Shown here piece after piece: positions 52,285-64,000 of a stretch of DNA of 64,000 bases (within the stretch, counting starts at the first letter, position 1; each line of letters opens with the position of its first letter). Under the pieces are notes generated by a model. That model worked only from the letters and a program-made list of their open reading frames with translations. It did no database searches and was not told the origin of the DNA. The stretch lies in the NCBI GenBank assembly GCA_963767005.1, contig CAVYCN010000002.1, forward strand, positions 64,001 through 128,000. The letters are read 5' to 3'. Made by a program: the position numbers and the translations under genes. Origin of the DNA: an uncultured Actinomycetes bacterium. Lineage in GTDB: Bacteria > Actinomycetota > Thermoleophilia > UBA2241.

Positions 52285-53886
52285 GTGACTGAACGACAGA
52301 AGAGGCTCGCCTGGGCCGCCGTCGTCGTGGCGGCCGCCACGGGCATCTCGCGTGTCGTGGGCGTGGCCCGCGAGATCCTCACGGCCAACGCCTACGGCGT
52401 GAGCGTCGGCCTGAACACCTACGCCTCGGTCTCGGTCATCCCCAACCTCATCCGCCAGCTCGTGGCCGACGCCGCCGTCAGTGCCGCCTTCGTGCCGGTC
52501 TTCACGAGCCTGTTCACCAAGGGCGAGCATGAGCGCGCCTACCGCCTGGCGTCGTCGCTGCTCAGCTTCATGGTGGTCGTGGTCGGCGTCGTCACGCTGG
52601 CGCTCGTGCTGGGCGCGCCGCTCATCGTGCGGGTCTTCTACCCGCACTTCGTGCACGAGCCCTACGTCTATCGTCTTGCCGTCCAGATGCTGCGCATCCT
52701 GCTGCCCACCGTGCTGCTGTTCGCGGTCTCGGGCGTCGTGATCGGCGTGCTCTACTCGTACGAGCGATTCACCATGCCGGCGGTCGTCTCGATCGTCTGG
52801 AACCTCGTGATCATCGCCTTCATCGTGCTCTTCTCGGGTCACGGCTCGCTCGGCATCTACGCCCTGGTGTGGGGCACGTTCTTCGGCACGGTGGCGCAGC
52901 TCCTCCTGCTCATCCCCTCGCTGCGCCGTGTCGACCTGAAGTGGCACCTGAGCTTCCAGTGGCGCGACCCGCTGCTGCGCCGCGTGCTCGTGCTCATGGT
53001 GCCGGTCACGATCACCCTCGGCATCCTCAACTTCAACGCCCTCGTCGACTTCTTCTTCGCGCAGTTCGTGAGCAACCACGCGGCCGCCGAGATCAACTAC
53101 GCGTTTCGCCTCTACCAGTTGCCGCAGGGCATGTTCGCGATCACGATCGGCACGGTGCTGTTCCCGACCCTGTCGCGCTACGCGGCCGAGCACGACATCG
53201 ACAGCTTCCGCGAGACGCTGTCGCTCGGCGTGCGCCAGATCTTCTTCGTGTCGCTGCCCTTCGTCGCCTGGTTCGTCGCCGTGCCGCACTCGATCGTGCA
53301 GCTCATCTACCAGCACGGCGCCTTCGCGCCGACCGACACGGCGGCGGTGGCGCCGATCCTCGCCTACTTCACTCTGGGCATGGCCTTCGCCAACGTGAAC
53401 GTCATGTTCAACCGCGGCTTCCAGAGCCTGCAGCGCCCCTGGCTGCCGCTCTACGTGGGGCTCATCAACCTCGGCCTGAACGCGCTGCTCGACTGGGCCC
53501 TGTACCGGCCGCTCGGGGCGCGCGGCATCGTGCTGTCGACTTCGATCGTGTCGCTCTTCAACTTCGTCGCGTTGCTCGCGCTGATGCGTCGCCAGATCGG
53601 CCAGGTCGACGGCCGCCGCATCCTGGTCAGCCTGGCCAAGGCCCTGGTCTGCTCCGGCGCCCTGGCGGCCGTTTCGCTCGCCCTGTGGCACGGGCTGCAC
53701 GGCGTGGCCGACAGCGGCCTGGCTGGTCTCTTCGCCGTGGTGGTCGCGGTGTTCGGCGGCGGCGGCCTGGTCTACCTGGCCGCCGCCCGCCTGTTGCGCG
53801 TCGAGGAGCTCTCGGTGGTGAACCTGCTGCTGCGTCGCGGGCGCGGCCTGCGCACGCCGCCGAGCGAGACCGAGACGGTGCCGTGA
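52285..53886 (+). CDS. murJ: lipid II flippase MurJ (MviN)
   Basis: SRVVG.ARE, IPNLIR.L.AD.A.SAAFVPVF, YAFRLYQLPQG, LFPTLS. Confidence 0.93.
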   Translation: MTERQKRLAWAAVVVAAATGISRVVGVAREILTANAYGVSVGLNTYASVSVIPNLIRQLVADAAVSAAFVPVFTSLFTKGEHERAYRLASSLLSFMVVVVGVVTLALVLGAPLIVRVFYPHFVHEPYVYRLAVQMLRILLPTVLLFAVSGVVIGVLYSYERFTMPAVVSIVWNLVIIAFIVLFSGHGSLGIYALVWGTFFGTVAQLLLLIPSLRRVDLKWHLSFQWRDPLLRRVLVLMVPVTITLGILNFNALVDFFFAQFVSNHAAAEINYAFRLYQLPQGMFAITIGTVLFPTLSRYAAEHDIDSFRETLSLGVRQIFFVSLPFVAWFVAVPHSIVQLIYQHGAFAPTDTAAVAPILAYFTLGMAFANVNVMFNRGFQSLQRPWLPLYVGLINLGLNALLDWALYRPLGARGIVLSTSIVSLFNFVALLALMRRQIGQVDGRRILVSLAKALVCSGALAAVSLALWHGLHGVADSGLAGLFAVVVAVFGGGGLVYLAAARLLRVEELSVVNLLLRRGRGLRTPPSETETVP

Positions 53887-54026
53887 GCCGGCCGCCGGTT
53901 CGAGGAGCGCAGCGCGTCGTGAGCCGCCGGCCCGTGCGGGTGGGGAGCGCCGTCGCGACACGCCGGCCGGCGCGGGAGCGAAGCGGCGTCGCCACACGCC
54001 GGGTCGCGCCCGGCGCTCTGCTACGC
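53883..54026 (+). repeat. four degenerate 36-bp tandem units
   Basis: Units start at 53883, 53919, 53955 and 53991 and translate as VSRPPVRGAQRV / VSRRPVRVGSAV / ATRRPARERSGV / ATRRVAPGALLR. Confidence 0.6.
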
Positions 54027-54035
54027 TAGGCCGAC

Positions 54036-55853
54036 ATGGATCTCGCACACATCCGCAACTTCTCGATCATCGCCCACATCGACCACGGCAAGTCGACGCT
54101 GGCCGACCGCATCCTTGAGCTCACCGGCACCGTGACCGCGCGCGACATGAAAGAGCAGATCCTCGACAAGATGGACCTCGAGCGCGAGCGCGGCATCACG
54201 ATCAAGGCCCAGGCCGTGCGCATCGGCTATAGGGCGCGCGACGGCGAGACCTATCAGCTCAACCTGATCGACACACCCGGCCACGTCGACTTCACCTACG
54301 AGGTCTCGCGCTCGCTGGCCGCCTGCGAGAGCGCCGTCCTCGTGGTCGACACCACCCAGGGCGTCGAGGCCCAAACGGTGGCCAACGCCTACCTCGCCAT
54401 CGACAACGACCTCGAGATCATCCCGGTGCTCAACAAGATCGACCTGCCGGCCTCCGACGTCGCCGAGACCGAGCTCGAGGTCCATGAGCTCACGGGAGCC
54501 ACGCACGACGAGCTGCTCACGGTGTCGGCCAAGACCGGCGTGGGCGTCGAGGACGTGCTCGAAGCCGTGGTGGCGCGCACGCCGCGCCCCGGCGGCGATC
54601 CCGACGCACCCTCGCGAGCCCTGGTCTTCGACTCGCAGTACGACCAGTACCGCGGCGTGGTCGCCTACGTGCGTGTGGTCGATGGCTCCTTCGCCCGCCG
54701 CGAGATGGTGCAGATGATGGGCACCGGCCAGCGCGTCGAGGTCGAAGAGCTCGGTTACTTCGGCCCCGAGATGGTGCCGGTCGAACGCCTCGAGACCGGC
54801 GAGGTCGGCTACATCATCACCGGCGTCAAAGAGGTCGCCCAGGTGCGCGTCGGCGACACCATCACGGCCCTGCGGCGGCCCGCCGCGCAGGCGCTGCCGG
54901 GCTACAAGGTCGTCCATCCGATGGTCTTCTGCGGGCTCTTCCCGACCGAGGGCGACAAGTTCGGCGAGCTGCGTGACGCGCTCGAGAAGCTCACCTTGAA
55001 CGACGCCGCCCTGTCGTGGGAGCCTGAGACGTCGCAGGCGCTCGGCTTCGGCTTTCGCTGCGGCTTTCTGGGCCTGCTGCACATGGACATCGTGCGCGAA
55101 CGGCTCGAGCGCGAGTACGACCTCGAGCTGATCACCACGACGCCCAACGTCGAATACCACGTCGTTCTCACCGACGGCGCCATGGTGCCCGTGCGCAACC
55201 CGGCCGAGATGCCCGACATCGGTCGCATCGATCGCGTCGAGGAGCCCTACGTGTCGGCTTCGATCATCCTGCCCAGCGAGTTCGTGGGCACCGTCATGGA
55301 GCTTTGCCAGGGCCGGCGCTCCGACTTCGTGGACATGAAGTACCTCTCGCCCGAGCGCGTCGAGATGCATTACCGCCTGCCGCTCGGCGAGATCGTGGTC
55401 GACTTCTTCGACCAGCTCAAGAGCCGCACGCGTGGCTACGCGTCGCTCGACTACGAGTTCTGGGGCTACCGCGAGGGCGATCTCGTCAAGCTCGACATCC
55501 TGCTGGCCGGCGAGCCGGTCGACGCGCTCTCGCTGATCGTGCCGCGCGAGCGGGCGTCGGTGCGCGGCCGCGCGCTGGTCGAGAAGCTGCGCCAGAAGAT
55601 CCCGCGGCAACTCTTCGAGGTCGCCATCCAGGCGGCCATCGGCGCCCGGGTCGTGGCGCGCGAGACCGTCAAGGCGCGCCGCAAGGACGTGATCGCCAAA
55701 TGCTACGGCGGCGACATCAGCCGCAAGCGCAAGCTCCTCGAGAAGCAGAAAGAGGGCAAGAAGCGCATGAAGCAGATCGGCGTGGTCGAGGTGCCCCAGG
55801 ACGCCTTCCTCGCCGTGCTCGAGCTCGACGTCGAGGGCAAGGACAAGACGTGA
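54036..55853 (+). CDS. lepA: elongation factor 4 (LepA)
   Basis: [57 protein letters not shown]. Confidence 0.98.
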   Translation: MDLAHIRNFSIIAHIDHGKSTLADRILELTGTVTARDMKEQILDKMDLERERGITIKAQAVRIGYRARDGETYQLNLIDTPGHVDFTYEVSRSLAACESAVLVVDTTQGVEAQTVANAYLAIDNDLEIIPVLNKIDLPASDVAETELEVHELTGATHDELLTVSAKTGVGVEDVLEAVVARTPRPGGDPDAPSRALVFDSQYDQYRGVVAYVRVVDGSFARREMVQMMGTGQRVEVEELGYFGPEMVPVERLETGEVGYIITGVKEVAQVRVGDTITALRRPAAQALPGYKVVHPMVFCGLFPTEGDKFGELRDALEKLTLNDAALSWEPETSQALGFGFRCGFLGLLHMDIVRERLEREYDLELITTTPNVEYHVVLTDGAMVPVRNPAEMPDIGRIDRVEEPYVSASIILPSEFVGTVMELCQGRRSDFVDMKYLSPERVEMHYRLPLGEIVVDFFDQLKSRTRGYASLDYEFWGYREGDLVKLDILLAGEPVDALSLIVPRERASVRGRALVEKLRQKIPRQLFEVAIQAAIGARVVARETVKARRKDVIAKCYGGDISRKRKLLEKQKEGKKRMKQIGVVEVPQDAFLAVLELDVEGKDKT

Positions 55854-57256
55854 GCGCGCAGACGGGGGGCGCGGGGCGGGAGCGGCGGGACGCCGCTCCC
55901 GCCCCGCGCCATCTCTACGTCCACGTGCCGTTCTGCGCCGCGCGCTGCGACTACTGCGAGTTCTACTCGGTGCCGGTCGGGCGCGGCGCCGCCGCGACGC
56001 CGGACGCCGCCACGCCGGACGGCGCCACGGCGGCCGAGGCATCCGTGCGGCCGGCCGACAGCGCCGGGCCGGCAAGCCTGGGCGGCGGCGGTCGGCCCGC
56101 TGCCGACGCGCGCGCGAGCCTGCTCGACCGCTCCGTGACGGCGCTGCTCGCCGAATGGGAGGCCGAGCGCGAGCGGCTGGGCGTGCGCCGCCTCGAGAGC
56201 GTGTTCGTGGGCGGCGGGACACCGTCGCTGCTCGGCGAGGAGCGCCTCGAGCGCCTCTTCGCGGCGCTCGAGGCGCTCCTCACACCGCACGCCGAGCTCA
56301 CGGTCGAGACCAACCCCGACGACGTCACGCCGACCTTCGCCGCCTGGGCGGCGGCGCGGCGGCTGCGCGTGTCACTCGGCGTCCAGAGCTTCGACCGGCG
56401 CCTGCGCGCCACGCTGGGCCGCCGCGGCGACGCCGACCCGGCGGCCGCCTTCGCCCTGCTGCGCGAGGCCGGCGTCGGGCGGACGGAAGGCGGCCAGCCG
56501 TCGGGCGAGCGCCCGGCACGGCCGGTGGCGCTACCGGCCGGCGCCGCTCGCGCCCCCGGCCTGGGCATCGACCTGATCTTCGGCTTGCCGGGGCAGGACA
56601 TCGCCGCGGTCGAGGCCGAGCTGGCGGTCGTCGGCCGTCTCGCGCCCGACCACGTCTCCTGCTACGAGCTCACGCTGGTGCCCGGCAGCGTGCTCGCCGC
56701 GCGCGTCGCGCTCACCGACGCCGGCCGCCTGGGCGCCGCGGCGCCCGAGCTGCCCGACGACGAGGCCACCGCGACCATGTACCGGCACATCGTCGCCGGC
56801 CTCACCCGCCTCGGGTATCGCTGGTACGAGGTGAGCAACTTCGCCCGCCCCGGCCGGCGCTGCCGCCACAACGACGCGGTCTGGCGCGGTCGCGACTATG
56901 TCGGGATCGGCCCGGGTGCGGTCGGCACGGTCGCCGGCGTGCGGCGCCGCGACGTGGCCGACCTCGCGGCCTGGCTTGCCGCCCTCGAGGGCGGCGACGA
57001 CCCGCCCCGCGAGCATGAACCGCTCGGCCCCGACGCGCTCGCTCGCGAGCACCTGCTGCTCGCCGCCCGCACGGGCGCGCGGGTGCCCGTCGCCGCCCTC
57101 GCCGGGGCGATCGACGAGCGCGCCCTGCCGGCGCTCGTGGCTGCTGGATTGGTCTCGCGCTCAGGTGGTACACTCCGGGTGACGCGAAAGGGGCGGTACG
57201 TGGCCAGCGGGGTCTGCGTGCGCCTGTTTCGCGATTCTTCGTTTCTGGAGGCATGA
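55850..57256 (+). CDS. hemW: radical SAM heme chaperone HemW (HemN-like)
   Basis: [46 protein letters not shown]...DY.GIG.GA. Confidence 0.88.
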   Translation: MSAQTGGAGRERRDAAPAPRHLYVHVPFCAARCDYCEFYSVPVGRGAAATPDAATPDGATAAEASVRPADSAGPASLGGGGRPAADARASLLDRSVTALLAEWEAERERLGVRRLESVFVGGGTPSLLGEERLERLFAALEALLTPHAELTVETNPDDVTPTFAAWAAARRLRVSLGVQSFDRRLRATLGRRGDADPAAAFALLREAGVGRTEGGQPSGERPARPVALPAGAARAPGLGIDLIFGLPGQDIAAVEAELAVVGRLAPDHVSCYELTLVPGSVLAARVALTDAGRLGAAAPELPDDEATATMYRHIVAGLTRLGYRWYEVSNFARPGRRCRHNDAVWRGRDYVGIGPGAVGTVAGVRRRDVADLAAWLAALEGGDDPPREHEPLGPDALAREHLLLAARTGARVPVAALAGAIDERALPALVAAGLVSRSGGTLRVTRKGRYVASGVCVRLFRDSSFLEA

Positions 57257-58276
57257 GTGGCTCTGACGCCCAGACAGGAGATCGTCCTGGGAGCGGTGGT
57301 CGAGGAGTTCATCGCCTCGGGCTCCCCGGTCGGGTCCAGGCTCCTGTTCGAGTCGCATATGTTCGACATCGCCCCCTCGACGATCCGCAACGACCTGGCG
57401 GCGCTCGAGGACCTCGGCCTGCTCGACCATCCGCACACCTCGGCCGGCCGCGTGCCCACCGACGCCGGCTACCGCTACTACGTCGACGCGCTGCTCAAGC
57501 AGCATCACGCCGCCTGGGCCCTGCCGCTCGACCCCGCCGCCGCGCGCAGCGAGATCGACGACGCCCTGGCCGAGACGGCCGAGGCCCTGTCGCGGGCCAC
57601 CGAGTTGCTCGCCATCGTCACCGCGCCGGCGCTCACCACGGCCGTCATCCGTCACATCGAGGTGCTGTCGCTGCAGCCGCAGGTGGTCATGGTGGTCGTC
57701 ATCACGAGCGCGGGAGGCGTGACCAAGCGCGTCCTGCGCGTCGACCGACCCATCGACGAGGGCCTCGCCGACTTCGCCCGTGTCTACCTGAACGAGCGTC
57801 TCACCGGCCGGCGGATCGGTGCCCGTGTCGTCGAGTCGGCCTTCTCAAGCCCCGAGCTCGGCTCCCAGGAGCGCGCCTTCCTCGCCGCCCTGTGGCCGGC
57901 CTTCGAGGTCGTGCTCGAGCCGGACGCCGGCAGCCTGCACCTGGGCGGCACCGCCCGCCTGCTCGAGCGCCTGAGCGAGCAGGGAGGAGCCAGCCACCTG
58001 AACGACGTCGTGGCGCGCCTCGAGGAGCGTTACAACGTGCTCCAGCTCCTGTCCGAGGCGCTGCACGGCCGCGACCTCTACCTGCGCATCGGCCACGAGA
58101 TGACCGATCCCTCGCTGCAATCGTGCTCGCTCGTCGCCGCCACCTACGGCGTCGCCAACCGCGCGCTCGGCGCGGTGAGCGTGCTGGGGCCGACACGCAT
58201 GGACTACCAGACGGCGATCTCGGCCGTGCGCGGGGCCGCGGTCACGCTCAGCTCGCTGCTCGAAGAGACCTGGTAG
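57257..58276 (+). CDS. hrcA: heat-inducible transcription repressor HrcA
   Basis: PVGS, STIRNDL, PHTSAGRVPTDAGYR.YVD, GPTRMDY. Confidence 0.96.
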   Translation: MALTPRQEIVLGAVVEEFIASGSPVGSRLLFESHMFDIAPSTIRNDLAALEDLGLLDHPHTSAGRVPTDAGYRYYVDALLKQHHAAWALPLDPAAARSEIDDALAETAEALSRATELLAIVTAPALTTAVIRHIEVLSLQPQVVMVVVITSAGGVTKRVLRVDRPIDEGLADFARVYLNERLTGRRIGARVVESAFSSPELGSQERAFLAALWPAFEVVLEPDAGSLHLGGTARLLERLSEQGGASHLNDVVARLEERYNVLQLLSEALHGRDLYLRIGHEMTDPSLQSCSLVAATYGVANRALGAVSVLGPTRMDYQTAISAVRGAAVTLSSLLEETW

Positions 58277-59428
58277 ATGAAGCGCGACTACTACGACGTG
58301 CTCGGTGTCGAGCGCGACGCCGACGACGCCCAGATCAAGAAGGCGTTCCGCAAGCTCGCGCGCCAGTTCCACCCCGACGTGAACCCCGACGATCCCGACG
58401 CAGAGGCCCGTTTCAAGGAGCTCGCCGAGGCGTACGAAGTGCTGTCCGACGACCAGACCCGGGCCGCCTACGACCGCTACGGCTTCGAGGGCCTGCGCGG
58501 CCAGGCGGTGCCCGACTTCTCGCAGTTCGGCTTTGCCGACCTGTTCGACGTGTTCTTCGGCGGCGACCCGTTCGGCTCGGTGCTGCGCGCTTCGGGCGCG
58601 GGCGGGCCCTGGGGAGGCTCGGCCATGGCCGGCGCGCCGCGCGGCGACGACGTCGAGGTCGAGGTCGAGCTCGAGCTCATCGAGGCGGTGTTCGGCGCCA
58701 AGCGCGACGTCGAGGTGCGCGCCGACGTAGCCTGTACGACCTGCGAGGGCAGCGGCGCCAAGCCGGGCACCGGCCGCGAGCGCTGCCCCCAGTGCCAGGG
58801 CACCGGTCGCACGCGCGAGGTGAGCTCGCTGGGCGGCTTCGGCCAGTTCATCCGCACGAGCACCTGCAGCGTGTGTCGCGGCCAGGGCACGATCGTGCGC
58901 GAGCCCTGCGAGACCTGCCGCGGCACCGGCCGCAGGCGCGCCGCCCGCACGGTGACGGTCGAGGTGCCGGCCGGCATCGACGACGGCCAGCGCCTGCGCA
59001 TCACTGGGCAGGGCGGGGCCGGCGGTCCGGGGGCGCGGCCCGGCGACCTCTACGTGCTGGCCCGCGTCAAGCCCGATCCGCACTTTCGCCGTGACGGCAA
59101 CGACCTCGTCTACCGGCTCGACCTCACCATGGTCGACGCCTCTCTTGGCCTGCGCACCGTGGTGCCGGCGCTCGACGGCGACATCGACCTGAAGATCGCG
59201 GCCGGCAGCCAGCCCGGCGACGTCAAGGTGTTCCGCAACCGCGGCGTGCCGGTGCTGCAGGGCTACGGCCGCGGCGACCTGCGCGTCGTGCTCAACGTCA
59301 CGGTGCCGCGCCACCTGAGCGACGAGCAGCGCGAGCTGCTGCAGCGTTTCGAGGAGCTGTCGACCGACAAGAACTACCAGCCCGACGAAGGCTTCCTCGA
59401 CAAGCTGCGCGCCGCGTTTCGCCAGTGA
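58277..59428 (+). CDS. dnaJ: chaperone DnaJ
   Basis: J-domain HPD, G/F region, four CxxCxGxG repeats, GDLYV. Confidence 0.96.
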   Translation: MKRDYYDVLGVERDADDAQIKKAFRKLARQFHPDVNPDDPDAEARFKELAEAYEVLSDDQTRAAYDRYGFEGLRGQAVPDFSQFGFADLFDVFFGGDPFGSVLRASGAGGPWGGSAMAGAPRGDDVEVEVELELIEAVFGAKRDVEVRADVACTTCEGSGAKPGTGRERCPQCQGTGRTREVSSLGGFGQFIRTSTCSVCRGQGTIVREPCETCRGTGRRRAARTVTVEVPAGIDDGQRLRITGQGGAGGPGARPGDLYVLARVKPDPHFRRDGNDLVYRLDLTMVDASLGLRTVVPALDGDIDLKIAAGSQPGDVKVFRNRGVPVLQGYGRGDLRVVLNVTVPRHLSDEQRELLQRFEELSTDKNYQPDEGFLDKLRAAFRQ

Positions 59429-60255
59429 GCGGGCCCTCCTTCAAGCGCTGTACCCTCGAGATCGTCGAAGAGCGCTACGACGAGGCGGTCGTCGCGCTGC
59501 TCGACCTCGGAGTCGGCGGCTGGCAGGAGCGTCTGCCGATGCTCACCTTCTGGCTCTCCGACGAGGCCTGCGGCGCGGCCGAGCGCGACGGCGGCTTCGC
59601 CCGCCTGCGCGCGCTGGGCCGCCTGTTCTGCGAGCCGCAGGTCGGGGGCTGGGAGGAGCAGTGGCGCCGGTTCCACCACCCCGTCACGGTCGGCGGCATC
59701 ACCGTACGCCCGCCGTGGGCGGCGCCGCTGCCCGGCACGCTCGACGTGATCATCGACGTCGGCATGGCCTTCGGCACCGGGTCGCACACCACGACGCGCC
59801 AGTGCCTGGCCGTGCTGGCCGACCTGCCGCGCGGCTCGCTGCTCGACGCCGGCACCGGCACCGGTGTGCTTGCGCTGGCCGCGATGCGGCTCGGCTATGC
59901 GCCGGTCTTCGCCTTCGACAACGACCCGGCGGCGCTCGTGATCGCCGAAGGGAACGCGCGCCGCAACGGTCTGCGCCCGCTGCTCTTCGGCGCCGACGTC
60001 ACCGACCGCGCGGTCGAGCTGCCGCACGCCGACACGGTCGTGGCCAACATAGCGCTCTCGCCGATCGTGGCGCTCGGCGGACGGGCCGGCGCGGCCCGCG
60101 CCGCCGGCCAGCCGCACCCCCGCACCGTCGTGCTCGCCGGCCTGCTCGACGACCAGGTGGCGCCCGCGCTCTCCGCCTTCGCGGGCTACGAACGGAGCCG
60201 CGTCGACACCGAGGGGGAGTGGACCTGTCTCGTGCTCGAAGAGACCTCCGCGTGA
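59425..60255 (+). CDS. prmA: ribosomal protein L11 methyltransferase
   Basis: W...[30 protein letters not shown]. Confidence 0.9.
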   Translation: MSGPSFKRCTLEIVEERYDEAVVALLDLGVGGWQERLPMLTFWLSDEACGAAERDGGFARLRALGRLFCEPQVGGWEEQWRRFHHPVTVGGITVRPPWAAPLPGTLDVIIDVGMAFGTGSHTTTRQCLAVLADLPRGSLLDAGTGTGVLALAAMRLGYAPVFAFDNDPAALVIAEGNARRNGLRPLLFGADVTDRAVELPHADTVVANIALSPIVALGGRAGAARAAGQPHPRTVVLAGLLDDQVAPALSAFAGYERSRVDTEGEWTCLVLEETSA

Positions 60256-61631
60256 GCGGCGCGCCCGGCGCCGGCGCCGCTCGTGGCGGCGACGGCGGGC
60301 CGCTGCGCGTCCACGCCGCCGTCGCCGGCTGCAAGGTGAGCCGCGCCGACGGCGAGGCGGTGCTCGCCCGCCTCGCCGCCGACGGCTGCCGGGCGGTCGC
60401 CGATCCCGCCCAGGCCGACGTGCAGGTCGTGCTCACCTGCGCCGTGACGGCCGAGGCCGAACGCTCCTCGCGGCAGCTCGCCCGCCGCCTCGCTGCCCAT
60501 GGCCGGCCCGTCGTGGTGGCCGGCTGCGCCGCCGCGCTGCGTCCGCAGCAGTTCGCCGGCGCCGCGTTCGACGTGACGACCGACGACGGCGCCGCGGCCG
60601 CGCCCGACGCCGTCGCACGCCGCGTGCTCGAGGCCGGCCGATGGGCCGCGGCCGACACCCGCGACGGCGATCCCCCAGGACCGGTCCAGTCCGGCCGCGC
60701 CGCCGCGCCGGCGCCGGTGGTCGAAACGCCGACAGCGGGCGCCGCCGCGGAGCTCGCTTCTCGCGACCGCACGCGCTTCACGCTGAAGGTGCAGGACGGT
60801 TGCGCCGGCCGGTGCACCTACTGCGCCGTGCGTCTCGTGCGCGGCCGGCCGCGCAGCCTGCCGGCCGCGCTCGCGCTCGAGCGGGCCGCGGCGGCCGTCG
60901 CCGCCGGCTGCGGCGAGGTCGTGGTCTCGGGCATCGACGTCGGCGCCTACCGCGACCCGGCGACCGGCGACGACCTCGCCGCCCTCGTGCGGCGGCTCGT
61001 CGCGCTGCCCGGCCTGCGCCGCCTGCGGCTGTCGTCGATCGAGCCCGGCCACCTGTCCGACGCGCTGCTCGAGGCGCTCACCGACGACCGCGTCGCCCGC
61101 CATCTGCACGTGCCGCTGCAGTCGGCCGACGACGGCGTCCTTGCCGCCATGGGGCGACCCTACCGCCGGCGCGACTACGATGAGACGATCGCGCGCGTCC
61201 GGCGCCTGCTGCCGAGTGTCGCCCTCTCGACCGACCTGATCGCCGGCTTTCCCGGCGAGGACGACGCTGCCTTCGCGCGCTCGCTTGCGCTGATCGGACC
61301 GGACGGTCCGTTCTCGCGCGTGCACGTGTTCGGCTACTCGTCGCGGACCGGCACGCCGGCCGCGGCTCTGGCGCCGCTCGCCGCGGCGACGGTGAAGGAG
61401 CGGGTGCGACGGGCGCGCGCGGCGGCGGCCGCGGCGCAGGGCGCCGCGGCCGCCGCCGCGCGCGGCCTGCCCGCCGATGTGCTCGTCGAGGAATTCCGCG
61501 ACGGGTTCTGGAGGGGGTACAGTTCTCCCTACGTGCGGTACTACCTCACCGGCGCGGCGGAGCGCGGCCGCCTGGTACGGGCGGTGGGCGAGGACCTGCA
61601 CCGCGACGGGTTGAGGGGACGGATCGTATGA
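60252..61631 (+). CDS. mtaB: tRNA t6A methylthiotransferase MtaB-like (MiaB/RimO family)
   Basis: GCKV, TCAVT, VAGC, KVQDGC...CTYC, RLSSIEP, HLH.PLQS, TDLIAGFPGE, HVF.YS.R.GT.A. Confidence 0.82.
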   Translation: MSGAPGAGAARGGDGGPLRVHAAVAGCKVSRADGEAVLARLAADGCRAVADPAQADVQVVLTCAVTAEAERSSRQLARRLAAHGRPVVVAGCAAALRPQQFAGAAFDVTTDDGAAAAPDAVARRVLEAGRWAAADTRDGDPPGPVQSGRAAAPAPVVETPTAGAAAELASRDRTRFTLKVQDGCAGRCTYCAVRLVRGRPRSLPAALALERAAAAVAAGCGEVVVSGIDVGAYRDPATGDDLAALVRRLVALPGLRRLRLSSIEPGHLSDALLEALTDDRVARHLHVPLQSADDGVLAAMGRPYRRRDYDETIARVRRLLPSVALSTDLIAGFPGEDDAAFARSLALIGPDGPFSRVHVFGYSSRTGTPAAALAPLAAATVKERVRRARAAAAAAQGAAAAAARGLPADVLVEEFRDGFWRGYSSPYVRYYLTGAAERGRLVRAVGEDLHRDGLRGRIV

Positions 61632-61978
61632 GCGCCGGGAGCGCCTGCGCCTTCTGTCGCATCGCGACCGGAGAGCTTGCGGCCGACGTCGTGCTGGCCG
61701 ACGAGCGCTTCGTCGCTTTTCGCGACCGGCGTCCGGTGGCGCCGACGCACGTGCTCGTGATCCCGCGCCGGCACGTGGCCTCGCTCGACGAGGTCGAGGG
61801 ACTGCCCGGCGAGACACTGGCCGCGATGCCGGTGTTCATCGCCGCGGCGGCCCGCCGGGCCGGCCTTGCGCGCAGCGGCTACAGGGTGGTCACCAACACC
61901 GGCCCCGACTCGGGCCAGGAGGTCGCGCACCTCCACTGGCACGTGATCGGCGGTCGACGCCTGGGAGGGATGGCATGA
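61628..61978 (+). CDS. HIT family nucleotide hydrolase
   Basis: CAFC, AP.HVLVIP, GQEVAHLHWHVIGGR. Confidence 0.92.
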   Translation: MSAGSACAFCRIATGELAADVVLADERFVAFRDRRPVAPTHVLVIPRRHVASLDEVEGLPGETLAAMPVFIAAAARRAGLARSGYRVVTNTGPDSGQEVAHLHWHVIGGRRLGGMA

Positions 61979-62436
61979 TCCGCGTAGCGGGGGCGCTCGA
62001 GGAGCGCATCAAGGCAGACACCGTGGTCGCTCTGAAGGCCGGCGACCATCGTCGCACGCAGGCGCTGCGGCTGCTTACCGCGGCGCTCAAGAAGGAGCGC
62101 ATCGACGCCGGCGTAGCGCCCGACGAGACGGCCGAGCTCGTCGTGCTCAAGCGCGAGCGCAAGCGCCGCGTCGAGGCGGCCGATCTCTACGACAAGGCCG
62201 GCCGGGCCGAGCTCGCCGAGCAGGAGCGCTACGAAGAAGGCCTGATCGCCGTCTATCTGCCGGCCGAGCTCGGCGACGACGAGCTCGGGGCGATCGTCGA
62301 CGCGGCGATCGCCGAGACGGGCGCCGCCTCGCCCAAAGAGATGGGCAAGGTGATGGCGGTCGTCATGAAGAAGGTAGCTGGGCGTGCCGACGGCGGTGTC
62401 GTGAACCGTCTGGTGCGCGGCCGGCTCGGCGCCTGA
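61975..62436 (+). CDS. GatB/YqeY domain protein
   Basis: E.K.R.EA...Y..AGR.ELA..E, YLP.EL, MGKVM, GRADG. Confidence 0.9.
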   Translation: MIRVAGALEERIKADTVVALKAGDHRRTQALRLLTAALKKERIDAGVAPDETAELVVLKRERKRRVEAADLYDKAGRAELAEQERYEEGLIAVYLPAELGDDELGAIVDAAIAETGAASPKEMGKVMAVVMKKVAGRADGGVVNRLVRGRLGA

Positions 62437-62462
62437 GGGCGCCTTTGTCCGAGAAGGAGAGC

Positions 62463-63470
<1,008 letters not shown>

Positions 63471-63489
63471 GCGCGCGCGGCGGTCGACG

Positions 63490-64000
63490 ATGAACGAGCT
63501 GCGCATCGAAGTCGTCAATCTCACGCGCCTGGAGCTCGAGCCGGAGCAGGTGGCGCGCCTCGTGGCGCGCGTGCTCGTCGCCGAGGGCGTGCGCGACGGC
63601 GAGCTGGGCGTGCGCTTCGTGGGGGCGCGCCGCATGCGCGCCCTGAACCGCGACCATCTGGGCCACGACGAGGTGACCGACGTGCTCTCGTTCCCGCTCG
63701 AGGAGGCCGACGAGATCGACGCGACAGCGGCTTTCGGCGAGCTTGGTCAGGCCGGCAGCTCCGGCGACGGGGCCGGCGCCGGCTCTGACGGCGGCTCTGG
63801 CGACGGCGCCGGGTGGTCGGGCCGATCGGACGCCAGCGATGGCGCGATCGTCGGCGACGACAGTCCCGACACCATGCCGCGCCTGCTCGGCGACGTCGTG
63901 GTCTGCCCGCTGCGCGCCGCCGCCCAGGCGCGCGGCGCCGGCCGGCCGCTGGCGTTCGAGCTCGCCGCCCTGCTCGTGCACGGCACGCTGCACGTCGTGG
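63490..64000 (+). CDS. ybeY: rRNA maturation endoribonuclease YbeY (3' end outside window)
   Basis: MRALNR..G.D..TDVLSFP, LLGDVVVC, LLVHGTLH; absent from the ORF track because there is no stop in the window. Confidence 0.92.
   Translation, partial: MNELRIEVVNLTRLELEPEQVARLVARVLVAEGVRDGELGVRFVGARRMRALNRDHLGHDEVTDVLSFPLEEADEIDATAAFGELGQAGSSGDGAGAGSDGGSGDGAGWSGRSDASDGAIVGDDSPDTMPRLLGDVVVCPLRAAAQARGAGRPLAFELAALLVHGTLHVV

Noticed and set aside
53883-54026. 36-bp periodicity as a CRISPR array
   Set aside because: The units are adjacent and degenerate with no unique spacers, and there are no cas genes.

Overview
This is a very GC-rich actinobacterial chromosome segment. Gene content and order suggest a deep-branching class such as Thermoleophilia (inference). 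Most of it is core genome: the 3' end of pcrA/uvrD, a crotonase, otsB and pyrF; a dcw cluster (mraZ-rsmH-ftsL-ftsI-murE-murF-mraY-murD-ftsW-murG-murC-ftsQ-ftsZ) followed directly by secDF; then tRNA-Ala(GGC), leuS, comEA-comEC, holA, rpsT, murJ and lepA-hemW-hrcA-dnaJ-prmA-mtaB-hit-yqeY-phoH-ybeY (partial). An accessory block of about 15 kb lies against the 3' end of tRNA-Ala. It holds a DUF420-like membrane protein, a GT-C glycosyltransferase, an unknown protein and three cobalamin-binding radical SAM enzymes, then katG, TetR/MFS, an MFS relic, an aldo-keto reductase, a nitroreductase and a cupin. The best leads are: (1) this GT-C plus triple B12-radical-SAM cluster; (2) an unannotated, independently promoted RNA of about 310 nt at 1436-1748 that joins a long rod to a 6C-type double C-loop domain; (3) a repeated CTC(A/G)A-N7-TCGAG dyad array in a gap between mraY and murD and again upstream of ftsZ; (4) an HTH-DUF3887-led ABC operon with twin palindromic operators. 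I saw no CRISPR array, rRNA, transposase or intact integrase. All calls come from reading motifs by eye; no database searches were run.
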